The notes under the pieces: generated by a model
Seen by the model: only the letters and a program-made list of their open reading frames with translations
Database searches by the model: none
Told to the model about the DNA's origin: nothing
DNA from: Candidatus Aenigmatarchaeota archaeon
Lineage (GTDB): Archaea > Aenigmatarchaeota > Aenigmatarchaeia > Aenigmatarchaeales > JACQIB01
Assembly: GCA_038999215.1 (NCBI GenBank)
Contig: JAWABM010000020.1
Coordinates: 1 to 10,442 of the forward strand
Direction of reading: 5' to 3'
Length of the DNA: 10,442 nt
Made by a program: the position numbers and the translations under genes
Shown here: positions 1 through 6,077 of the stretch, piece after piece
Numbering within the stretch: position 1 is the first letter of the stretch
How the letters are laid out: every line of letters begins with the position of its first letter

Positions 1-240
1 GCCAATGCGCTCCTGAACTGCGCCACCGAAACCAAAGAGGCGACGCTGTACCTTTATACAGAGAGCTTGAAGCCCGACGGCGAGCATTTCAAGGAGGGCT
101 TCTGCCTGGGCTGTCTCGGTCTTATGCTCAACGCCGGAATAGAGCGGAGCGTTGTAAGATCCGTCGCACAAGATACCGTTGAAAAGTACGTGTATTACAA
201 ACCGGAGCTGAAGAAGATGTATCTGGAGCGCCAGAGATGA
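1..240 (+). CDS. 3' part of a zinc-dependent dCMP/cytidine deaminase-family protein (truncated by the window start)
   Basis: Frame +1 is open from base 1 to TGA at 238-240: ANALLNCATETKEATLYLYTESLKPDGEHFKEGFCLGCLGLMLNAGIERSVVRSVAQDTVEKYVYYKPELKKMYLERQR*. This fits the family pattern (HAE)xNA...ATLY...[P]CxxC..L.NAGI.RVV. The HxE motif would lie just outside the window. Confidence 0.75.
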   Translation, partial: ANALLNCATETKEATLYLYTESLKPDGEHFKEGFCLGCLGLMLNAGIERSVVRSVAQDTVEKYVYYKPELKKMYLERQR

Positions 241-243
241 AAC

Positions 244-250
244 TTTATAA
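244..250 (+). promoter_or_regulatory. Putative TATA box for rpl21e
   Basis: TTTATAA preceded by purine-rich GAGATGAAAC (BRE-like), beginning 38 nt upstream of ATG 282. Confidence 0.6.
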
Positions 251-281
251 GCGTTGGCAAGGCTAATTCTACTTGATTGCT

Positions 282-560
282 ATGGTCGTGAAATCGCACG
301 GGCCGAGAAGAAGGACGAGGGCTAAGCTCAGGGGAGGTCTCAAGCTCACAGTCAACAGGTATGTCAGTGACTTCCCGATTGGCTCTAAGGTAGTCTTGGT
401 TACTGACCCCGCGTCGCACCGCGGCATGCCTTTCAGGCGTTTCTATGGCCTGACAGGCACTGTCATGGAAAAGCGCGGCCGCTCTTTCATAGTGCAGATA
501 AAGGACAGCAACAAGCTGAAAAAGATAGCGGTCAGGCCCGAGCATCTCAAAGCGCTTTAG
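282..560 (+). CDS. rpl21e: 50S ribosomal protein L21e
   Basis: MVVKSHGPRRRTRAKL...HRGMPFRRFYGLTGTV..KRGRSF.V.IKD.NK.K.I.VRPEHLK matches the archaeal L21e pattern. ATG at 282 is preferred over the TTG at 273. Confidence 0.96.
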   Translation: MVVKSHGPRRRTRAKLRGGLKLTVNRYVSDFPIGSKVVLVTDPASHRGMPFRRFYGLTGTVMEKRGRSFIVQIKDSNKLKKIAVRPEHLKAL

Positions 561-1905
561 AGACGTACGGTCCGTCCAGTTTGTATCCAAGTTTATAGAA
601 ATATTCTCTGACGCCGACGCCTGCTATCACGGCCATCTTTTCATAACCCGCTTCCTTTGCGACGCTTTCGGCTTCGGCCATGAGCCTGCGGCCGTAGCCC
701 TTGTGCTGCCATTCGCCCGGCGTTCCAATCGCTGCCTGCGGGCCGAAGGTGTGCAGTTCGCGCACAAGCGCGGCTCCGTCAAGTTCCGGTCTGAAGGGGC
801 TGCCCGGCAGGCGCAGCCTGAGCAGGCTAGCTATCATCCAGTCGCTTTCGAAGCTAAGGAATATCTCCTTTCCGCCGCTTGCATTGTAATCCGTCCGCTT
901 TAGCTCCATGTTGCCCGCATGCTTGCCAGCCCTCATTCCGTGGCCGACCTCCCTGCAGCGTATGCAGCCGCATTTTGCGCCGGTGGTGTTCATTCGTTCT
1001 TTTATCGCGTCCCGCAAGTGAGAATACCTGCAGTCGGAAGCTATGTACTGCGCAGGTATGTCCCTCATCACGCGCATTATGCGAACGTGCTGCGGGACAA
1101 TCTGCTTTATCCTGACAATCGTATCGACTATCTGCCCTGTCGTGTACGGCTTGAAGTCTTTCGCATTGAACGCCTTTTCCAGGGGCGTGCCCTTTATCAC
1201 GAACGTGGGATATATCTTCACTTGGTCCGGTTGGAACCGCTCGTCGCTGAAGAGCGTGCGGAACGTCTCGACGTCGCTCTCGGGCGTCGCTCCCGGCAGG
1301 CCGAGCATCATGTGATAGCCGACCTTGAAGCAGGAATCCTTCAGCAGCCGCGTCGCCTCGATTACCTCGGCGGTGCCGTGGCCCCGGTGCGTTGCGGCCT
1401 GTGTTTTGTCGTCGAGCGTCTGCACGCCGATTTCTACGCGCGTCGCTCCAATGTCCAGCATTTCATCTATGTGCTCTTCCTTGCACCAATCCGGCCTTGT
1501 TTCCAGGCACATCGCAACGCACCTGTGCTTCGCGGTTTCGTTCGCTTTCTTCGCCTCTTCAAGGCCGGCCGCAGCCGCGCCGTTCATGCCTTCGAAGCAT
1601 CCCTTAACAAACCCCCGCCGGTAATCTGCGGGGTAGGCGGTGAACGTCCCGCCCATGACAATGAGCTCTATCTTGTCGGTCGCGTGCCCCATCAGGCCCA
1701 TTATCTTCAGCCTTGCCTCCACCTGCCGTCGCGGGTCATAGTTGCAGTCAATTGCCCTGAGCACGACCGGCGAGGTCGGTGTGTACGATTCCGGCACGCC
1801 TGAATAGGAGGGGCAGTAGTCGCACTTTCCATGCGGGCAGGGCCGGGGCTTGAGCATGACCGCCAGCGGCGTCACTCCAGAAATTGTGCGCACTACCTTT
1901 TTCAT
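547..1905 (-). CDS. elp3: Elp3 radical SAM + GNAT/KAT tRNA wobble-uridine (U34) carboxymethylation enzyme, 452 aa
   Basis: RTISGV, CPHGKCDYCP (CX4CX2C), DKIELIVMGGTF, ETRPD, TRVEIGVQ, KIYPT, CGCIRCRE, YNASGGKEIFLSFE, LVRELH and WQHKGYGRRLM...IAGVGVREYFYKLGY are all Elp3 hallmarks. Confidence 0.97.
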   Translation of the reverse strand: MKKVVRTISGVTPLAVMLKPRPCPHGKCDYCPSYSGVPESYTPTSPVVLRAIDCNYDPRRQVEARLKIMGLMGHATDKIELIVMGGTFTAYPADYRRGFVKGCFEGMNGAAAAGLEEAKKANETAKHRCVAMCLETRPDWCKEEHIDEMLDIGATRVEIGVQTLDDKTQAATHRGHGTAEVIEATRLLKDSCFKVGYHMMLGLPGATPESDVETFRTLFSDERFQPDQVKIYPTFVIKGTPLEKAFNAKDFKPYTTGQIVDTIVRIKQIVPQHVRIMRVMRDIPAQYIASDCRYSHLRDAIKERMNTTGAKCGCIRCREVGHGMRAGKHAGNMELKRTDYNASGGKEIFLSFESDWMIASLLRLRLPGSPFRPELDGAALVRELHTFGPQAAIGTPGEWQHKGYGRRLMAEAESVAKEAGYEKMAVIAGVGVREYFYKLGYKLDGPYVSKAL

Positions 1906-1929
1906 AAGGCTCTTTTGCGAGCCAAGATA

Positions 1930-1936
1930 TTTATAA
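1930..1936 (-). promoter_or_regulatory. Putative TATA box for elp3 (likely leaderless or very short leader)
   Basis: Minus strand reads TTATAAA directly after the upstream gene's TGA, beginning 31 nt before ATG 1905. No SD motif is visible. Confidence 0.55.
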
Positions 1937-2167
1937 TCAGTCCAATTTCCCTGCTTTCGCCTTCTTCAGCAGCAGCGCCTTCAGCATCTTCGCATGCCTC
2001 TCCTCGTCGGCCTTTATCCTCCTGAACGCGGCAGCGCATTCCCTGTCTTTCGCCTTCTCTGCGTCCCTTATGTAGCCGTCCGCGCACCAGAGGAACTGGA
2101 GCTTCTTTGCAAGCTGCTTCATGATGTTGTAATTGCAATCGCAGATTATGCATTTCTTTCCCGCCAT
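1937..2167 (-). CDS. Small (76 aa) ferritin-like/rubrerythrin-like helix-pair protein with N-terminal CxxCxC
   Basis: SD-like GGGGTG lies 5 nt before ATG 2167 and the ORF fills the gap between its neighbours. Two predicted amphipathic helices carry Y..DA and F..I..DEERH..ML..LL, resembling half of a ferritin-like four-helix bundle. Confidence 0.7.
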   Translation of the reverse strand: MAGKKCIICDCNYNIMKQLAKKLQFLWCADGYIRDAEKAKDRECAAAFRRIKADEERHAKMLKALLLKKAKAGKLD

Positions 2168-2199
2168 GCTTGCACCCCTTAATAGTTCTCCGCGGAAGA

Positions 2200-2205
2200 T
2201 TATAA
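2200..2205 (-). promoter_or_regulatory. Putative TATA box for the 76-aa gene
   Basis: TTATAA begins 38 nt upstream of ATG 2167, which leaves room for a short leader containing GGGGTG. Confidence 0.5.
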
Positions 2206-2207
2206 CC

Positions 2208-2693
2208 TTAACCTTCCACGCCGAGCTCCTTTGAGAACTTGTATATCCAGAGCAGGTACAGCAACCCCAGCCACATGATTACGAAGACGAAGTTCACGTG
2301 CTCTTCCGGGAACGCGATGTCGAGCACCATCTTCACGCCGTTGTAGAGCACGTACACGAATATTATTACGAGGAAGAACAGCGGAAAACGCTTCCATGCG
2401 GGGATGAATTTCCCCTTACCCAGTATGGTGGTGGCCGTTGTTCCTGTGACGCCGAACATAAGCGGCTCGAGATACCAGAACAGGATGAACAGGGCGCTGA
2501 CATTTATCATTTCCTTTATGTACATCTTGAAGTACAGCGTCATCAACGCCAAGGCGATTATGAATATTATCCATATGTAGGCATAGGTGTCTTGCTTCAG
2601 TTCCCTCGCCTTCTTTTGTGCTATTTCCTTCGGATGTATTTCGATAGTTTTGGCTTTCTTCGGCTTCGCTTCAGCTGCCTTCTGCTTCGGCAT
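2208..2693 (-). CDS. Hypothetical integral membrane protein (161 aa; Lys-rich N-terminus, about 4 TM helices)
   Basis: Hydrophobic segments YAYIWIIFIIALALMTLYF, MINVSALFILFWYLEPLMFGV, FPLFFLVIIFVYVLYNGV and VNFVFVIMWLGLLYLLWIY. Codon style resembles neighbouring genes and a TATA box lies upstream. No family recognised. Confidence 0.8.
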   Translation of the reverse strand: MPKQKAAEAKPKKAKTIEIHPKEIAQKKARELKQDTYAYIWIIFIIALALMTLYFKMYIKEMINVSALFILFWYLEPLMFGVTGTTATTILGKGKFIPAWKRFPLFFLVIIFVYVLYNGVKMVLDIAFPEEHVNFVFVIMWLGLLYLLWIYKFSKELGVEG

Positions 2694-2717
2694 GGGATAC
2701 TTATGTCGGAGCCTCTT

Positions 2718-2754
2718 TTTAAACTTTTTCCGCCCTGCGGCTAAAGCATTTAAG
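2718..2754. promoter_or_regulatory. Back-to-back promoters: TTTAAA (2718-2723, minus strand, membrane protein gene) and TTTAAG (2749-2754, plus strand, tRNA-Leu)
   Basis: Each box is preceded by an A-rich BRE-like stretch (GAAAAAG on minus, CTAAAGCA on plus). They begin 30 nt before ATG 2693 and 31 nt before tRNA position 1 (2780). Confidence 0.55.
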
Positions 2755-2779
2755 CAATCCTTGCAGAACTTATTGCTAG

Positions 2780-2868
2780 GCGGGGGTGGCCAAGCCAGGT
2801 CTAAGGTGCTAGGTTGAGGGCCTAGTGGGTTAGTCCCTTCGAGGGTTCAAATCCCTTCCCCCGCACCA
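2780..2868 (+). tRNA. tRNA-Leu(GAG), intron-less, CCA encoded
   Basis: Acceptor stem GCGGGGG (2780-2786)/CCCCCGC (2858-2864), discriminator A2865, CCA 2866-2868. Anticodon arm CTAGG-TTGAGGG-CCTAG with GAG at 2816-2818. Long variable arm GGG-TTAGT-CCC. T arm GAGGG-TTCAAAT-CCCTT. Confidence 0.96.
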
Positions 2869-2879
2869 TTGTGATTTTT

Positions 2880-3722
2880 ATGACAAGAAGCGGGACGGAT
2901 TTCAGTTTCATTGAAAGGAGGGTCAGGGGCAGGAAGGACAGGTACAGGCTCGAGAGCATCAAAAGGGATTGGTATAAGATAATGAAGGAAGGGCAGGTCA
3001 TCAAGGACAGGAAGCTATTCAGCATGAAGATCGGAGAGTACAGGTTCTGGTTCAGGAGGGGCAGCGCGCCGTCCTCGATCGATACCTACCTTGAGGTGTT
3101 CAAGGACAACAACCACATGAAAGTTCCCGGCTTCAAGGGAAAGGGCAACAAAGTCGTTTTGGATATAGGAGCGAACGAGGGATTTTACACTTTTGGCATG
3201 AAAAAGAGCAACCCGAAGCTTAAGATAGTCGCTGTCGAACCGGTGCCTGCGACATTCGAACTGCTTAAGAGGAACGTCCTCGGCAACGGGTTGAAGGACA
3301 TTGTGCTTGTGAACAAGGCGCTCACGCGCAGGAAGGGAAGGATAACCTTTGAGATAGTGCCCGAGGTTTCGGCAGTCTGCGGCCTTGACATAGCGATGCA
3401 AAAGCGGCCGTGGCTGGACACCAAGAGGATAAAGAAAATCACAGTGGAGTCAACGACATTGGCGGATTTGTGCAAGGAGCTGAAAATCGGAAATATAGAC
3501 ATCCTAAAGCTGGACGTGGAGGGGAGCGAACTGGACATATTGAGAGGCAGCGCTGACTTCCTGCCGCATATAAGTAAGATTGTAATAGAATGGCACAGCG
3601 AGAAGCTGAAAGAGGGCTGCAAGAGCTTCCTCAAGAAGAAGGGCTTCAGGCTGGTCAGAGAAGAGAGTAAAATGTGCGGTGATCTCTATTTTGTTAACAC
3701 GCGCCGTACAATCCTTTTATAA
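2880..3722 (+). CDS. FkbM-family SAM-dependent methyltransferase (about 280 aa)
   Basis: Motifs VVLDIGANEGFYT, KIVAVEPVP.TFELLKRN and IDILKLDVEGSELDILRG...IVIEWH. ATG 2880 is chosen over GTG 2871, but the start is uncertain. Confidence 0.9.
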   Translation: MTRSGTDFSFIERRVRGRKDRYRLESIKRDWYKIMKEGQVIKDRKLFSMKIGEYRFWFRRGSAPSSIDTYLEVFKDNNHMKVPGFKGKGNKVVLDIGANEGFYTFGMKKSNPKLKIVAVEPVPATFELLKRNVLGNGLKDIVLVNKALTRRKGRITFEIVPEVSAVCGLDIAMQKRPWLDTKRIKKITVESTTLADLCKELKIGNIDILKLDVEGSELDILRGSADFLPHISKIVIEWHSEKLKEGCKSFLKKKGFRLVREESKMCGDLYFVNTRRTILL

Positions 3723-3749
3723 TCGTTCCTGTTCTATAAAATATGGAGG
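3716..3749 (+). promoter_or_regulatory. Putative TATA box (TTTATAA 3716-3722, overlapping the FkbM stop) and SD (GGAGG 3745-3749) for uppS
   Basis: Motifs read directly from the sequence. SD spacing favours ATG 3756. Confidence 0.5.
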
Positions 3750-3755
3750 ATGCGG

Positions 3756-4463
3756 ATGACGGACGACGTCGAAGGGAACAGCAGGGGCTTGCATATCGCG
3801 ATAATACCCGACGGCAACCGCAGGTACGCCCGCAGACATGGCATGCCGGTCTGGTGGGGCCACATGAAGGGTGCGCAGAAGCTCAAGGAAGTTTCGGGCT
3901 GGTGCCTGAAGGAGCCGGACGTCGGAATGGTAAGCGTATATGCGCTTTCTACGGAGAACCTGAAAAGGAGCAAGGAGGAGCTCGACAAGCTCTGGGAAAT
4001 ATACAACAAGGAATTCACCAAGCTCGTAGATGACGAGAACATAAGGAAGCAGGGCCTGAGGATAAGGATTGTCGGCAACAGCGGCATGTGGAGGAAGGAC
4101 GTCAAGCAGGCGGCCAAGGACCTGATGAGCGCAACAAGGACCTACAGCCGCGGGGTCCTGAACATACTCCTCGCCTACGGCAGCCAGTTCGAGATAGTGA
4201 ATTCCGCCGTCAAGCTCGCTGCGAAGGGGCTGAAGACCGTTCCGCCGGTGGAGGAAAGCTTCAAGAAGTTTCTGATGGTGAACCAGCCTGTCGACCTTAT
4301 AATCAGGACAGGAGGGGAGCACAGGCTCAGCAACTTCCTTCTTTACCAGTCGGCTTACGCCGAGATATACTTCTCCGACACGTTGTGGCCGGACTTTTCC
4401 AAGAAGGAATTCAGGAAGATTCTGGATTGGTACAGGAACAGGGAAAGAAGGATAGGCCGCTAG
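3756..4463 (+). CDS. uppS: cis-prenyltransferase (undecaprenyl/dolichyl diphosphate synthase)
   Basis: HIAIIPDGNRRYA, GH..G, SVYALSTENLKRS..E, LNILLAYGS, VDLIIRTGGEHRLSNFLLYQSAYAEIYF..LWPDF and C-terminal RRIGR (RxG). Start is at 3756 (SD-supported) or 3750. Confidence 0.96.
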   Translation: MTDDVEGNSRGLHIAIIPDGNRRYARRHGMPVWWGHMKGAQKLKEVSGWCLKEPDVGMVSVYALSTENLKRSKEELDKLWEIYNKEFTKLVDDENIRKQGLRIRIVGNSGMWRKDVKQAAKDLMSATRTYSRGVLNILLAYGSQFEIVNSAVKLAAKGLKTVPPVEESFKKFLMVNQPVDLIIRTGGEHRLSNFLLYQSAYAEIYFSDTLWPDFSKKEFRKILDWYRNRERRIGR

Positions 4464-6013
4464 ATTGACTTGAACAGCTTCGCCACTTTGTCCTTGCCGA
4501 CGGCAAATATGAACGGCGCCAGCCTCGGCCCCTTGTCCCTGCTTATCAGTACCAGGTAGCAGGCGCTGAAGAATTCCTGCGGCGTCAGCCCGTTCTTTTT
4601 GGCCAGCTCGTTGAACAAATCTATCAGCTCCTGCTCGTTGGCCACAGCCTCGAGCTTCGAGCCCAGCTCCCTGACCGCGCTCTTCTGCGCATCCATCATT
4701 ATCATGTCCGGAGCCTTAGAGTTTACCTTGAAAACGTAATCCTGCGGGGCATGCTTGTTGAGCCAGTTCCTTGCGCAGGTAAGTATGGCTAGGTATCTCC
4801 TTTTGCTCTCTTCGCTGAGCGGCTCTTTGACGGCTTCCAGCGCTTTCTCTGGCTCCCTATAGATGTTTATCAGCTCCGCGCAGTGCTTGAACGCCGGCTG
4901 TACGGGCATCTCCTTCGGTGGAGCGTCAGGCATTGACATCTCGTAGACGCGCTTCCAGTGGCTGGCGCGCTGGTCCTCGGTCCTGCCGAAGTATATCCTC
5001 TCGGTCTGGTAGAAGTCCTCATAGACCTTGAATACCTCCTCGTCCATCGGTATCGACAGCTCCTTGACAGGTTTGGTGCCTGCGAAGAAGAACCTGACGA
5101 TCTCCGGCAGGTATATCTCCAGCACGTCCACAAGCCTTATGACATTGCCTAGGGATTTTGACATCTTGCCCCCGCCCTTCGGTATCACGAAATCGTACAT
5201 GAAGCGGACCGGCGGGGCCTCCCCGTAGACGGCTTTGATTATCTCGTGCCCTGTGTCTATCGATCCGCCAGGCGCGTTGTGGTCCTTGCCTCCGCCCTCA
5301 CAGTCCACTTTCTCGAAATGCCATCTCATAGGCCAATCCACCCTCCAAGGCAGCTTCACGCTCCCGTTCTCCTTGAAGTTTATCCTTCCCTTGTACCCGC
5401 AGGTGCACTCGTATTCTATCGTGTATTGGCCGTCATAGCTCTTGACCTCGCCTTCGTCGCGCTTGCATTTCTCGCAGAACACGTGCAGCGGCCACCACTG
5501 CGGCGGCAGCTGGTCATCCTTATTCCTGTATTTGTTCAGCACGTCCCTTATCTTGCTGCGCGCCAGCATGCAGGTCCTTATCTCGTCCGCATATACGCAG
5601 TCCCTGTACATCCTGTTCTGGTGTATGAATTCCGGCTTTATCCCGACTTTCGGCAGGGCGTCGCTGACCTCGCGCTCCATGTGCTCTGCGTAGTTTGAAT
5701 GGCAGCCGTAGGTGTCCGGCACGTCAACGATGGGAAATCCCAGGAACTTGTGCAGCTCCTCCCGTTTCGGCACGTTCTCCGGTATCCTTCTGAACCTGTC
5801 ATAATCGTCCCATGAGTATATGAACCTGACGTTCTTTCCAAGCGAGCGGAGGCCGCGCGCTATCAGGTCGACAGTTATCATCTCCCTGAAGTTGCCTATG
5901 TGTATCGTGCCTGAGGGCGTTATCCCTGCCGCGACCACGTACGTGGCCTTGTTCCCCCTCTCCTTCAAGACCTTCCTGGCCAGCTGGTCCGCCCAGAACT
6001 TCTCCTCTTCCAT
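4460..6013 (-). CDS. lysS: Lysine--tRNA ligase, class I
   Basis: WAD, GITPSGTIHIGNFRE, WDDYD, Zn-knuckle-like CEKC and CTCG, KLPWRVDWPMRW, GKDH, KMSKSLGN and C-terminal GPRLAPFI. Confidence 0.98.
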   Translation of the reverse strand: MEEEKFWADQLARKVLKERGNKATYVVAAGITPSGTIHIGNFREMITVDLIARGLRSLGKNVRFIYSWDDYDRFRRIPENVPKREELHKFLGFPIVDVPDTYGCHSNYAEHMEREVSDALPKVGIKPEFIHQNRMYRDCVYADEIRTCMLARSKIRDVLNKYRNKDDQLPPQWWPLHVFCEKCKRDEGEVKSYDGQYTIEYECTCGYKGRINFKENGSVKLPWRVDWPMRWHFEKVDCEGGGKDHNAPGGSIDTGHEIIKAVYGEAPPVRFMYDFVIPKGGGKMSKSLGNVIRLVDVLEIYLPEIVRFFFAGTKPVKELSIPMDEEVFKVYEDFYQTERIYFGRTEDQRASHWKRVYEMSMPDAPPKEMPVQPAFKHCAELINIYREPEKALEAVKEPLSEESKRRYLAILTCARNWLNKHAPQDYVFKVNSKAPDMIMMDAQKSAVRELGSKLEAVANEQELIDLFNELAKKNGLTPQEFFSACYLVLISRDKGPRLAPFIFAVGKDKVAKLFKSI

Positions 6014-6031
6014 ACCAAACCTTATGCTCAG

Positions 6032-6046
6032 TTTAAATATATATTT
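6032..6046. promoter_or_regulatory. Shared AT-rich divergent promoter element between lysS and the M50 protease gene
   Basis: TTTAAATATATATTT contains the perfect palindrome AAATATATATTT (6035-6046) within a 64-nt intergenic gap. SD-like GGTGA at 6069-6073 precedes GTG 6078. Confidence 0.6.
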
Positions 6047-6077
6047 GGGCTATCCTAAACAAAGAGAAGGTGAAAAG

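Noticed and set aside
919..1803. 294-aa plus-strand ORF and smaller ORFs inside elp3
   Set aside because: Antisense to a fully conserved Elp3, with no motifs or initiation signals.
1908..1923. Hairpin GGCTC-N6-GAGCC between the elp3 TATA box and ATG
   Set aside because: A 5-bp stem with no supporting U-tract or repeat, too weak to call a terminator or operator.
1902..2153. Alternative 83-aa minus-strand ORF overlapping the 76-aa gene
   Set aside because: It lacks an SD and any motif and would run over the elp3 promoter. The 76-aa frame has an SD and an ExxH helix pattern.
2753..2777. Inverted repeat AGCAAT-N13-ATTGCT upstream of the tRNA
   Set aside because: Only 6 bp per arm, consistent with chance, and no second copy was seen.
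2930..3050. Short recurring AAGGACAGG / GTACAGG words in the FkbM 5' region
   Set aside because: Explained by repeated K-D-R and Y-R codons with AGG preference. There is no regular spacing, so this is not a CRISPR or tandem repeat.
2780..3722. tRNA-Leu as an integration site with FkbM as island cargo
   Set aside because: By eye I found no integrase and no duplicated tRNA 3' end downstream, and core genes resume immediately. The slightly AT-richer look can be explained by Lys/Ile content and was not computed.
5820..6077. 86-aa N-terminal extension of the M50 ORF in the track
   Set aside because: It overlaps the lysS 5' end on the opposite strand and runs through the promoter. GTG 6078 has an SD and gives a normal hydrophobic N-terminus.
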